Source: Octopus sinensis (taxonomy: Eukaryota). Taken from it: DNA of 64,000 bases. The notes beneath the pieces were generated by a model. That model did not search any database. It had not been told where the DNA came from and saw only the letters and a program-made list of their open reading frames with translations. A program made the position numbers and the translations under genes. The stretch spans positions 5,332,001-5,396,000 of the forward strand of contig NC_043003.1 of the NCBI RefSeq assembly GCF_006345805.1, given 5' to 3'. Positions 38,296-51,150 of the stretch are shown here, piece after piece (position 1 is the first letter of the stretch; every line of letters starts with the position of its first letter).

Positions 38296-40158
38296 CTCCT
38301 TTCGGAAGTGTTACTTTTTTCCTTTATCTACTTCGTCTGTCAACTCACGTGTATACAAACATTTACACACACAATTTTTAATGAATGTTTGACTCGGTTC
38401 CATGCAACTTAATGTTTCGTAGTCTCCTAGAACGAATCTAAATTGACACGCATTTGGAGACGAAGTAGTAAGAAATGCGACAAATTGAGGATGGCCTTTC
38501 AGATGTTAGGCCTCTATTGGTGAACTGATATGACGTAGTGTTACTGGTTTGGAAGCGACATGAGATCTTATCTCTTATCAGGTCCTCGTGTTTGGATGTG
38601 TGGAGGACGCGGTATTTTTTATTTAGCGAAATCATTTCATTGCTTTTCGCAACTACACATGGACGTGCGAGGTGTTATCACAGTTAGTAGTGCTGGATTA
38701 AAATCTGATGGTGTTAGGTTGAACTGTCTGCCTGGATTGGGATGTAGTCTGTACGGATAGTATGGATTAGGTACCGTGCTCTTGAGTAAGGTACAAGTAA
38801 TTCTAACGTAGTATATCTCGTTTATAGAGGGCCAGTGGACTGAACTTAGCAGGGGTGACAAAAGGACAGTTCCTTCTATCCGTTGGTGGATGTTGCAAAT
38901 TGGTGGATTATGTGTAATCTCTCGGGGAGGCAGTATTGACAATTGTGATCTTCAGGTAATATGGAAGAACTCTGTCAATAATAATCCAGTTCGTGTTGAG
39001 GAAGTATTTCCAGTGGTCACAGAGTTTTCCGTATAAAACGGGTCAGGGAGATGGAATTTTGCCTCTGTCTGCATCTGAAAGCGTGCATATGCTGTGTATA
39101 ATTTCTTTTGAAACCATTAGCTATCATCCTGGAATAGAGTATTGGAATTTCGTCAGATGATGAGCAGATGTCTATAGACCAGAGTCAGTGAGTTGCAGGA
39201 CCCTTCCGGTGATCGGGGGGGAAGGGGTTTAGATTTTCTTAAGTTGCAAATTGGAATGTGTGTTGGAGCTGTGGAGGTGTTGTGTGTTTGCATCTACTGC
39301 AGTATGCGATGTCTGATACAACGTTGTCAAAGCAGGAATAACTGGCCTTGGTGTTGTTGGGGTTGAAAAACTGATCAAATAATAAAAATAATTCCTACCA
39401 AATGTGTTGAGTTCCACTTTCCTTCGTTTATTCACTCACGCGTATATAATACACCTATGTGCATGTATGTTCATATATGCACACACACATATGTATGTAT
39501 ACACAAAACACACACACATATATATATAGATAAATAGATAGGGAGAGTGAGAGAGATGGATGGATAGATAGATAACACATATATATGCATACATATATGT
39601 ACACACAGACACATATTATATTATACATGTTTAGTTGTAGAAAGAAGAGAGATTAGTAAAGATAGTTCCCATCAGCTCAAAGAATTGTGTGAATTTGTGT
39701 TTTTTATGTATGCGTGTTTGTTTCACTATACTTGTGTAGATATGTGTATGAGTGTGCTTGTGTGAGTGTTTGTGTGTACATCTGTGTGTATACATAATTA
39801 CGCTCTGACTCAGCTTACAAAGCGTTTTTATGAACAAGTTCAATAGAATTGCAACCTTACCATTTTCCAGAATGGCACCAGATTTAACGAAACTGCATCT
39901 CACAGCAGAAATCTTTCCATTACAAATTCTTCAACCGAGCCCTATTAACATATATTGCATCCTTCTTATAAAAAATATTGTCATTTAATCAAACTATATC
40001 GAATTGACTGTAATTGGTGCCGACAATATTCTTTTCTTTAATGAACTTAGAGAAAACAGGTTAATTGCCCAGAAGCAGAATATCTAATATCTAACCCAAC
40101 TTTTGAGGCAATTTGATATTTACATACAACGATGATGATGATTATGACGTTTATGATG

Positions 40159-40202
<44 letters not shown>

Positions 40203-40513
40203 GTCATCATGCATTGAGGTTAAAATTTCAGTAGATGGGAGCAGTAGTGCCATAAGTTTATGGTTAGATTAAAGTCGTCAAACTTAACAGAGATCTATGT
40301 CATATCAAAACTACATGTTTGTATAGACACAGGTATGTGCATGTACAGTTATGTATTCGTGTAAATATGCATTTGATAATATACATATATATATACACAC
40401 ACGCACATATATATATATATATATATACATGCAAATATGTGTGTGTTAAATAAAATGAAGCAACAAAGCCAAGGCAGTGTGAAATTTCTAAGACATTTAT
40501 TAAGAGAAAGGTA

Positions 40514-40561
40514 GTCTTACGGTTGTTTCTGGGATATTAGGGATATCCCTTCATCAGAGAC
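40514..40561 (-). ncRNA. Type I hammerhead ribozyme motif
   Basis: gtct-CTGATGA-a-gggatat-cccta-atatccc-a-GAAA-caaccg-TA-agac: intact core, 4 bp stem I, 7 bp stem II. Confidence 0.8.
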
Positions 40562-41456
40562 GATTTGAGAGGTTTAATTAGAGGGAAATAGAAGAATTCA
40601 CCACGATAAGTTATTTTGAAAAAGGAGAGATATCGAAAGTACAAAGGGAATAAAAATATGTATGTGTATGCGTGTTCATCTATCTATATACATATGTACA
40701 TACTTCTATATACATATACGTGCACTCGTGTTCGTATATCTATATATATATTTTTATTTCCTCCTCTGACTTAGCAACCCCCACTATCACTTTAGCTACT
40801 ACAATAAATACCTACCTCTGTTTTTAGAAACTTGACCATTATATCTTATTATTCTTCCCTTTACTTTGGAGGTTTACTAATCCTTTTAGTACACCCCATA
40901 GTACCATTTTCTTTAACTGTCTCCACCTTAGTGCCTTTCAAACATATCACCCCCTCCCCACTCCTCACACATGTTCCTTCCTTACATTCTGATCTCTTCC
41001 TTCTATACCTTCCCTATTCCTTTTATCTAATGATAGCTCTTCTCTCCCCTCCGTCTCACAATATCCTGACCACCATCTAGCACTCCTTTTTGCCTTTTCT
41101 TTCTTCTTTCCTCCCCTATTTCTTTTGACCAATACTATTCTCTTCCCATCCTATCATATATCTGTTCTCCTCTCTCTATCTACTTAGCCCTCCCAGTACT
41201 TTCTCAGAATTTCATTCGACCTGAAGACCTCGTTGAATGAACAGCACATCGAATTAATGTCTCCTCACTATCCATTTGTAATAATAAAATATGAACTCCT
41301 ATCGGAATTTACATACCATGGACAAGAAGCTTTTCTACTCATTCTAAACAGCACTTTCCTTGGATAATGGAACTGCAACTATAACAACAACATATATATC
41401 TTTATTTTCTTACTTTCCTTTATTACTCCTGTATTTCTATATTTCCAAAATAACTC

Positions 41457-41504
41457 GTCTCTGATGAAGAGCTATCCCTCAAATGCCAAGGACAGCTGTA
41501 AGAC
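41457..41504 (+). ncRNA. Degenerate hammerhead (inverted partner)
   Basis: gtct-CTGATGA-...-(GAAA mutated)-cagctg-TA-agac; keeps the palindromic stem III. Confidence 0.55.
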
Positions 41505-41729
41505 TACCTTTCTCTTTATAAATGTCTTAGAAATTTCATACTGCCTTTGCTTTATTGTCTTATTTTATTTAACATAGACATTCACACACGCGACCAGCAT
41601 TAGACTCCTCAATCCATACTATCATCGAACTGAGAGTAACGACGGTCCTTCCATGGCACTTACATAGCCATACCTGCCATTTTTGGGTCTTCTGGATACC
41701 TCACACGCATAGATACACACAAACATATA

Positions 41730-42514
41730 CTTTTATTCTTTTACTGGTTACATCCAGAGTCCGAGGCCATGCTGGAGCATCACCTTTCAGTGTTTTGGGG
41801 TCTGTTTTCAATGTTGCTTTGGTGAAGAAGTGAGTTGGAGGAAGTTGCTCCTCTTTGTGATCCCTGCCGTGATGTGAACTCATCTGGACTTTCAGATTAG
41901 ATAGAAATTTCTCCAGGTGCTAATCGAACGTTTCCTCTTCTATACCTTGCAGATCTCTGAGGGTCCTTGGAAGCGTGTTAAACAGGTGTGGTTCCCTGAA
42001 ACCCAAGCTGTTGCAATACCGGGTCCTTATCCGAGATGAAGAAAATGGGATCTTTGGTATTATGCAATGCCGTCTAAACTAATTCCAAAGTTTGGAGCTA
42101 GGCTTTCAAGGATCTTCCATGTGTATATCACTGCAAACCTTTCTTACTTTCTCTCCCAGGGAGTAGAGCCTCAGATCTTGTGACTTCTTACAGGAGTTCA
42201 TCTGTTTCACCAAGTCAATCTTCTGTGTGTATTGGCGCTGGATTGTCTCAAGTTAGAATCGGTGCGTGGCCTGGGAATCCACCTGAGTAGCGATGCAACA
42301 TTCGATATGCATATTGCCAGGATGGCAACACTGTGCAGGCGAGTAACTGGATGGATCCTTAGATCATCCAGAACTAGGAAAACAGGATGCTATGTTACTC
42401 TTAAGCATACTATTTTCCTTGGTTGCCTGGATTACTGTTCCCAACTGTGGTCACCGCTGAACGTCAATCTAGAGGCGGAACTTCAAACAATCCAGCGCCA
42501 ATACAAGAAGATCA
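41730..42514 (-). mobile_element. CR1/L2-group LINE 3' end with an inverted 5' segment
   Basis: Minus 42254-41730: ELETIQRQYTQKI..LRLYSL..IYTWKILE..LFNTLPRTLRDL. Plus 42255-42514: VRGLGIHLSSDATFDMHI..LDYCSQLWSP..ELQTIQRQY. Confidence 0.85.
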
Positions 42515-42676
42515 CTCAACATTGTTTGGTCGTTATCATTCTCATAGGGGTCTGTGGGTACGAATTTTCTATACCAATATTGTTTGGTAAGAAAAAGAGC
42601 CAAGATTAAATGCAAGGATATACGGAAATATACTGAAATAACAAGGAATTAAAAATGCGACATTTCATGTGAAACA

Positions 42677-42707
<31 letters not shown>

Positions 42708-42711
<4 letters not shown>

Positions 42712-42918
42712 AATGTGACCGCGTGTATACCGTTGGCAATTTTTTTCCTCCGTCTTCCTTTCCTTGGATCTTTCCTTTTTCCTATGTTTCTGACGAAGAG
42801 CTTCACTCGAAACGTTAAATCCTCTTTCTTTCTTCCCTTTCCTGAGCGTCCAATAACACTATACTTGTTCCACGTCCTCGCGTTGTTGCGTTTTCTCTTT
42901 GTGTTTTCATGTTTGGAT

Positions 42919-42923
<5 letters not shown>
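42708..42923 (+). mobile_element. Solo Penelope-like pLTR in (TA)n
   Basis: ~215 bp unit between two (TA)n tracts; carries a hammerhead and the ttcctgagcgt motif shared with the 45428 family. Confidence 0.75.
42786..42820 (+). ncRNA. Minimal type I hammerhead motif
   Basis: gttt-CTGACGA-a-gag-cttca-ctc-GAAA-cg-TT-aaat; palindromic AACGTT stem III. Confidence 0.72.
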
Positions 42924-42961
<38 letters not shown>

Positions 42962-43139
42962 TGCTAGATATTAATACCTACCGCGTGTGATTATGTGTAC
43001 GATTTGTGCAGCCACGATATTTTAAGTAATGTGGGGCTGAATCAAATTATTATAATACCCAGTTAAATAACTATTAAAGTGCATTGCATATATTGTTATA
43101 TCCGTATGCGTGTGTGTAAATCTATGTACATATATCTGA

Positions 43140-43209
<70 letters not shown>

Positions 43210-44129
43210 TGTGTGCATATATGTATATATCTATATCTCCCATATATATATATAAATATATATATGTATAAAGAGAGATACGACACATGCACAGACACAA
43301 TCGTACACACACTCTATGATATGTGTGTGGGGGGGAGTTGAATTAGAGGGAGAAAATGCTTGGAGAATATTATCTACCTGGAGAGGTGTAAGTGATGTCG
43401 CTGTATAAGTAATTTGATTAAACGAATAAGCGAGTGTATTGATTGGTCAGCCGACAAGTAAACACACTGCGAGGAGGGGAGGGTGGAGATGCTTTATACA
43501 TCAATGATTATATACATCTAAATTGACTGATTGATAGATATATATAGATACAACAATAGAAGTGATACTTAGAGAACTGGACCAGCAGCAAGTCTTAACA
43601 ATAAGCAAGGCAGTCATATTTTGTGAAATTATATTACACCGAACTAAATGCTTTCTCCAAGACTAAATATGACAACAATGCGGGGATTCTTGCGATGAAC
43701 AAAAGTAATCTTCGGAAATGAAAGAGTTGTGAGACCAAAGAATGAGTTCTTCAGAAATGGAAACATAAAGCCTAGAGATTAGAACAAGGTGTATTCTTTT
43801 ACGAATTCATCATTTTCTTTGGTTTGGTCAGGTAATGGCTGTGACTTATTAAAGAACCAGTGACCGTCCAACGAGAGTAAATAATAAAGGGATGAACATA
43901 TGAAAGACTTTTATAGAGATGACCCATTGATTAAACCAACAGGCAACCATTGCGGTCTGTTACAAAAGTTGGTCAATTTGTATTCCCAATTCGTCAATTT
44001 ACCGGTGCAGTTTTCACAGTCGTTTCGTGAACCAGACAAATAGATTCTCTGTTTATGTTCGCGATAAGTACACCGGTGCGTCGGTCACAAGGACTAGATT
44101 CTGCCTGCATTATTGAGCACCTGGTTAAA

Positions 44130-44338
44130 GTAGTGAGCTGGCAGAATCCTTAGGGTCGGTCACAATGTGCAGCGGTATTTCTTCAGCATCTTTACGTTCT
44201 GTGTTCAAATTCCGCTGAGCTCCACTATGCCTTTCATACTTACAAAGGTCGATAATGCAAAGTACAAATTGAACAATATGGTCGCTGTAATCGATAAAAA
44301 ACACTGCCCTCAAAATTTGTAGCCGTGTACCTAAATCA
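44130..44338 (+). mobile_element. SINE family A, degenerate
   Basis: gtgagctggcagaatc..ttacgttctgtgttcaaattccgc..gcctttcat. Confidence 0.7.
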
Positions 44339-45427
44339 ACCTGGTTGGGTATACCGCTGTCATTTGTACCTTTAATCATAAATCTTCAAATATAAACAGC
44401 ATGATACTCTGTGTATGTACATGAAAGAGAGAGTCACAGAGAGAGGGGTGGAGAAGGGAGGTAATTAAGGACCCACTCTTAGTCTAACAAATTTCAGTTA
44501 TTCTTTTAGTATTAAATTACGATTTATAAAACAAAGTATTTCCTTTGTCCAATTACTGTAACAATTTTTAAATTACAGGTATAGCGTATCTGTTGTTAGC
44601 GGTTCAATATCGATCTACAGTGGAAATTAAATACAAACACTCAGGCAGGATGAATGTGAAGCATTGTGTCATATGAGGGGAGAGTCATTAAAATTACGGC
44701 TCAAAACATTTCCGTTTACGAGGTAAATGGATGAGCTTTATATAAAAACTGGTAAACCAAACAGAACCGAAATCGACGGGGTTTTAACATATACACTCCC
44801 TCATGCATATGAATATACATATATGCATGTAACCTTTGCCGGTTAAATTCTGTGTGTGTGCGTCCATGCACACACTCCATGCTTGCATACATATTTAGAC
44901 ACACACACACACACACACACATAATCCATGATTTTATTTTGTGCTTACGAAAGAAAAATATACTCAATTCATAAACAAGTCGAACCTGTCAAACAGTTGG
45001 GCCGTCGGTGACTAAACTAGCGAGCTTACTAAGGCTATTTAGTAATAAGGGTGGTTTTCAATGGACACCCCACAGGAAGAAAAGTAAAACCTATGAAATG
45101 GCCTGGGCCAGGAGAACCCAGCAAAGTCAACGGCCGCCCCTCAACAGCAGGAACTCAGAGGCCCCTAAACTTTCATTAGACAACTCTCCAGAAAGAAAAT
45201 TCTGATGTAACGCCTGTGTGTTCTCTTGCATCCAGCAATATGAATTTATAAACTTGATATAGAAGCAGATGGTTTGGAAGCTACTAGACTTAATTATCGT
45301 CTGCCTCAATGATTTCCAGCTGACCTCGACAGACGTACATACTTATCATATCTGTACCAAACCACTATGGCTGGCAAGTAATGTTTTACACTTGGCAGAA
45401 GTTTTGATGAGTGTCACTACACACATT

Positions 45428-45585
45428 TTTATTCTCTCCTTGTTTTCTTTCTGTATCCCTTTCTGTAGAAGAGCGTAGGCTCGAAACGTAAAAGACTTTT
45501 TCTATTCCTGAGCGTTAGACTAATACATCTGTTTGTTTTGTACATCACCTGTCTTCGTCTTTTGTTTTTTTCATATACCCTCCCT
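45428..45585 (+). mobile_element. Penelope-like pLTR fragment, CUGUAGA-hammerhead family
   Basis: Third copy of the 22355/37421 family. Confidence 0.75.
45459..45494 (+). ncRNA. Minimal hammerhead-like motif with non-canonical CUGUAGA core
   Basis: cttt-CTGTAGA-a-gagc-gtag-gctc-GAAA-cg-TA-aaag; all three stems pair. Confidence 0.6.
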
Positions 45586-45901
45586 ATGTATGTATGTATG
45601 TATGTATCTATGCATGCATGTATGTATGTATTTGTGTATGTGGGTATGTCAGTATAACCATGCCACACATATCATTGCGCATACACATCCATATTCAAAT
45701 ATTCTGTGTATTTATGTACAACTCTATGTATACATGTGTAATATACGCGCGCGCACGCACACATATATTATTCTTAAACAAGGATACAACTGACAGGGAC
45801 TTCGAAGTTTCAGAATAATATATTCGTACTCTAACATGAGCATAGAGCAACCTATAGGAATTTTTTTTTTGTAACTGAACATAATAAACATTAATATTTA
45901 T

Positions 45902-45938
<37 letters not shown>

Positions 45939-46464
45939 GATATACATACATATGTATATATGTATACATATATACATGTGTGTTTGTGTACGTATATGTA
46001 TACAAACATATGTTCAGAGAGAGATAAAAGACAAAGAGGGGAACAGAGAGAGGGAGAAAATATGGAGAAGAAAAGGAGAGCAAAACAGGAGAGTAATGCA
46101 AGCATATTTCTTTCATTTATTTATTTCTATTCTTCTGCATATTTAAGAATAACTGAAATATATTTTTACTGAAAATTTGAATATTCTACATACTCAAACA
46201 TATATGCGCATATACACACATTACATCAGACATACACACATACACATTACATTTCTTCTCACACATACATCCGCTCAGTTGTCTGAAATATATACATAAC
46301 TATCCTGAAGAAAAAATAATTGTATATAAATAAGTTTTTTAATTCTTAAAATAGTAATGTTGCAGCGTTGTACAAATATAATTTTTTAACACTTCCATAC
46401 ACGCACTCACACATACACAAGTTATCAGCGTAAGCTGCGTACATTTGTTTGTGTGAGAATGTAC

Positions 46465-46467
46465 AAT

Positions 46468-46528
<61 letters not shown>

Positions 46529-47014
46529 CATGTAAATATACATAGTTATGTATATATATATATATATATGTGCATGTAAATATACATAGTATATATATAT
46601 ATATAATATATATATATACATATGCATGTAAATATACATAGTTATATATATATATATATATGTATTTATATATATATATATATATGCATGTAAATATACA
46701 TAGTTATATTATATATATATGTATTTATATATATATATATATATGCATGTATACATATATATATAAATATATACATACATACATATATGTATATATATAT
46801 ATATATAGTTATATATATGTATGTATGCATATATATGTACATGCATATATAAATATATATATATATATATAATATATATAGTTATATATATGCATGTATA
46901 CATATATATATAAATATATATATATACACATATATGGATATAAATAAACATAGTTATATATATGTATGTATGCATATATATGTACATGCATATATAAATA
47001 TATACATACATACA

Positions 47015-47053
<39 letters not shown>

Positions 47054-47141
47054 TATATATATATGGATATAAATAAACAGTTATATATATGCATGTATGC
47101 ATATATATGTACATGCATATATAAATATATACATACATACA

Positions 47142-47174
<33 letters not shown>

Positions 47175-47175
47175 T
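46465..47175. repeat. (TA)-based satellite with higher-order units (gcatgtaaatatacatagtta; tatggatataaataaaca)
   Basis: Repeated interruptions are visible within ~700 bp of TA repeats. Confidence 0.9.
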
Positions 47176-47565
47176 ATTCAGAGAGAAGAGACAATGTGTA
47201 ATGGTTAATACGTACAGCTACCAAGCCATATCTATGTGTAATTGTCGGTTCCATCTAAAGAATGTTCAAATTCACAGTATTACTCAGATATCAATATTCA
47301 CAGATCGAAGATATGCTCTATGTAAATATCCTTAGATCTAAAATCAGAAGTCTCTATGATTTTTACTTATTTATTTATTGTTATTTTTAATTTTTATATT
47401 TCCGAATGATGTCCAATTCTTCAAACTCACTGACTTCGAGACTCAAGCTCACACACCCACACCACACACACACACATATATATATATATATACATATTGC
47501 CATAGATTTATACATAGACACATGTATATTGACGTACGTATATGCATACACACAAATACAGAGGC

Positions 47566-47611
<46 letters not shown>

Positions 47612-47915
47612 AATGCGCACACACGTGTGTGTGTAGTATGTATTCTTACATATATACTCATATGCATATATTAGAGAGATAGATACTAGATCGATACATG
47701 CATATGTATCACTCATTTGTTACAGGTCAATGCTGGAGCACAGTCGTCAGTGGTTTTTAATGGATTTTATCATCTCCTATCTTATTTCGTTCTAGAACTC
47801 ATTTTATTAATCTATATCATATCTAATATAATTTTGGTTTAAAACGCCTTTTGTCGGCATATACTACTCTAACTGTATATACACACACACATACATACAT
47901 ACATACATACATACA

Positions 47916-47947
<32 letters not shown>

Positions 47948-47949
47948 CA

Positions 47950-48278
47950 TAGGGGCACTCCGTCGGTTACGACGTTGAGGGTCCCAGTTGATGCGATCAG
48001 CGGAACAGTCAGCTGGTGTAATTAACGTGCAAGTGGCTGAGCACTCCACAGACACGTGTACCCTAAAAATAGTTCTCAGGGAGATTCAGCGTTACACAGA
48101 GTGTGAAAAGGCTACCCCACTTTGAATTACAGGTACTACACATTTGTGTTACCTGAGTGGACTGGAGCAATTTGAAATTAAGTGTCTTGCTCAAGGACAC
48201 AACGCGTCGCCGCGAATTTGAACTCACAATCTAACGATCGTGATCCGAATGCCCTAACCACTAAGCCACGCGCTTTCA
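47950..48278 (-). mobile_element. tRNA-headed SINE family D
   Basis: Minus strand gtggcttagtggttagggcattcgg (A box), gagttcaaattc (B box), gtgtccttgagcaagacactt, ctccagtccactcag; second copy at 58203-58468. Confidence 0.85.
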
Positions 48279-48516
48279 CATACATACTTATATACATTTG
48301 TAAGCGTTCAGTATTCAAGTGAATCAGGTACTTAAATACTAAAGCACCAAGTTCGGGCCAAGGAAATGTATATTGTGTACAAATCAAAATGAGCGGAACA
48401 TACAAGCGCCCGCTTCAGTATACAACCGGTCCCAAGGCTGTACCTAGGATCACACACTGTGCTGAATAGACTCCAGATCCAAGATAATTGCAAGTTTCGA
48501 GTAAGGTGAGAAATAA

Positions 48517-48887
48517 ATAAGTAACAACGGATGAAAATTGGCTCATTCACTACGGCTGTTTCAAATGAGTTTTTAATGATGGGAAAGCTATTCAATCATG
48601 GGAAAAAAACCACGTTTTCATTACGTGAATTTTTATGAATTAAACATCTTAAAAAAAGATTTCCAAGAATCAAAATTATGTGCCACTTCATGACTCTTGG
48701 CTAGCTTCAGCTATAAAGTGACACAGTGTTCTTTCTTGTAAAGTTTTTTTTTTAAGATGTTTAATTCGCATATATTCACCTGAAGACAAGCGGTTTCCAC
48801 ATGATGTAATAAATCTATTCATCAATTAAAAGAAAAAAATCGTCTGAAACAGCTGTAGTAAATGAACCCATTTCGATCTGTTATTTA
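48517..48887. mobile_element. Inverted pair of Penelope-like pLTR remnants
   Basis: Arms about 48517-48670 and 48733-48887 are reverse-complementary (gaattaaacatcttaaaaaa / ttttttaagatgtttaattc; ctacggctgtttca / tgaaacagctgtag). Confidence 0.75.
48774..48863 (+). ncRNA. Type I hammerhead motif with long, degenerate stem II
   Basis: attcac-CTGAAGA-(59 nt)-GAAA-cagctg-TA-gtaaat; related decayed copies at 48545-48630(-) and 49636-49719(-). Confidence 0.62.
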
Positions 48888-49063
48888 TGTACATAGATAC
48901 ATACAGACATATGTGTGTGTAGTATTTGTGTGTGTGTGTGTGTGTGTGTGTGAGTGGGTGTTTGTATGTGTATTGCTGACGTCACAAGGATTCTACGAAC
49001 CTTTAAGTGAAAGAGATCTAAGTCATTTTCGAAAATTACATACACCTATAAAATAGTACACAC

Positions 49064-49098
<35 letters not shown>

Positions 49099-49149
49099 AT
49101 ATATATATATATATATGCAGTCAGCCGTCGCGACTATAACAAGTTCATA

Positions 49150-49560
49150 TCTGTGGCTTGATTTGATCAACATTCTCCATACTGGTCGTTTTTTCACTTG
49201 GATTTGCCATTTATTATGGATCAGTTCTTTTCTACTTCATGTCCCTTTTTGAAGTATCTTTGTATCTCAGTCTAGGCCTTTCATACATTATTTTCCCTTG
49301 TAAACAAGGTGTCAGGGGTGTTTGATGTTATCCACCAATTCTAGGCCACCCAACTAACGTAATTTCTCGCTTTGAGGATTTCCACCAAACCGTAGCATCT
49401 CTTCATTCCTGAGCTTGTCAAACAGAATGATATTCATAATTCACTGCAGCTGACTCATCATATATGCATGCAACTTATCTGCTTGAACCTTATAGACTGT
49501 CCAGGTTTTGCTCCATCCAGCAGTGAACGATCACTATAGTCTGTCATACCTCACCATTGA
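49150..49560 (-). mobile_element. Degenerate RTE-clade LINE 3' fragment
   Basis: Minus strand contains RPRLRYKDTSKRDMK and an upstream LR..GG/LLDG-like RT thumb remnant. Confidence 0.65.
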
Positions 49561-50226
49561 CATGTATAGAAACATGCCTGTCTTTCTATAATGTGTGTAT
49601 ACATAGGTATATAAAAACAGATGGATAAGTTGTCAATTCACTACAGCTGTTTCCAACGAATTCTGGTTGGTTAATGGAGACATCACGTCATTAGAAAAAA
49701 TCGTTTTCATAACTTAAATACATGAACCACAACATTTAGAAATATTCAAAACCCAACGGCATCATTTACAACTTTATTATTCTTCGAGTCTTACTGGTCG
49801 TAGAAAGATATTCTTAGCTCAGATGGGTAATATTATAATAGGAGTGAACATAATGTCATATGTGGGTCGTGGGGAATTAAAAGACAAATCTCTGAGTGAT
49901 ATGTATAAATCCAAGTGATTATATGTATATGTGCGCTTGTTTGTGTTTGTGTACACGTGTGTGTGTCTGCGTGTTAGACGCGACACCCGCATCGTAGGAG
50001 GGCAGCGCGTGTCCTTTTTAAGGTGGGAGTCTAGATTCAACTCCTATACATGTATTAGTTATGAGAGTATCCAAACGATAATCGTACGGTAGTCACCTAT
50101 TCATAGATAGAATATTATGCTAGACTACATCTTCGGTGTGGTTTACGAAAGATCGTTTCAATCATTTGCGACATACGCCAGTCATGGAACACATTTTTAA
50201 CAACTTCAATACTATAGTCAGAATAA

Positions 50227-50622
50227 GCGCAGGCATGGCTGTGTGGCGAGAAGCTTGCTTGCCAAACACATGGTTCCGTGTTCAGTCCCACTGCGTGACA
50301 CCTTGGGCAAGTGTCCTACTATATATAGCCTAGGGTCGACCAAAGCCTCGTTAGTGAATTTGGTAGAAAGAAGCTAAAAGAAGCCTGTCGTATATGTATA
50401 TATAAATTTGTGTGTATGTGTGGGTGTGTGCTTGTCCCCACCACACCATCGCTTGACAACCGATGTTGGTGAATTTCTGTCCCCGTAACTTAGCGGTTCG
50501 GCCAAAGGGACATATAGAATAAGTACTAGGCTTACATACAATAAGTCTTGTTGTCGATTACTTCTACTAAAGGCGGTGTTCCAGCATGGCCACAGTCAAA
50601 TGACAGAAACGTGTAAAATAGT
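50227..50622 (+). mobile_element. SINE family B, full length
   Basis: gcgcaggcatggctgtgtgg..gtgacaccttgggcaagtg..microsatellite..ccagcatggccacagtcaaatgac. Confidence 0.9.
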
Positions 50623-50945
50623 AAAAAAGTTTTTAAAAATGTAAAAAGGTGTAAAAGACAAGTGGAAACTGAGTAACGGGATGATGAAGTTATTTGTCGA
50701 TGGCATTCACAAAAAGATGCAAATATACAGAACAAGAGATATTATTTTAAGTAGAAGTGCTGACAGGATTATAACAAAGAATATAGTTTTCGAAAATATT
50801 CTCTTTCTGCATTGTTCCTCCCAATAATATCAACGTAACCTGTTCATTGTACCTTATTATAACATTAGGTTCTGATGTGAGGGAGGATTGTCAGCTATTT
50901 CTTACAGTCCAATATTAATCAGTACGTAAATGTTTGTTCATCCGA

Positions 50946-51150
50946 AGGCGACGAGCTGGCAGAAACGTTTGCACGCCGAGCGAAATTCGTCTGTCTTTAC
51001 GTTCTGAATTCAAATTCCGTCAAGCTCGAATTTGCCTTTCATCCTTTCGGGGTCGAAAAATTAAATACCAGTTGCGTGCTGGCATCGATCTAAACGACTG
51101 GCCCCCATCCCCCAAAGATTTCGGGCCTTGTGCCTAGAGTAGAAAAGAAT
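50946..51150 (+). mobile_element. SINE family A
   Basis: aggcgacgagctggcagaaacg..gcctttcatcctttcggggtcga..ggccttgtgcctagagtagaaa. Confidence 0.85.

Larger units (their letters stand above)
40444..41574. mobile_element. Penelope-like element remnant bounded by inverted pLTR ends
   Basis: 40444-40565 and 41453-41574 are reverse complements, each with a hammerhead; pyrimidine-rich non-coding interior. Confidence 0.8.
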
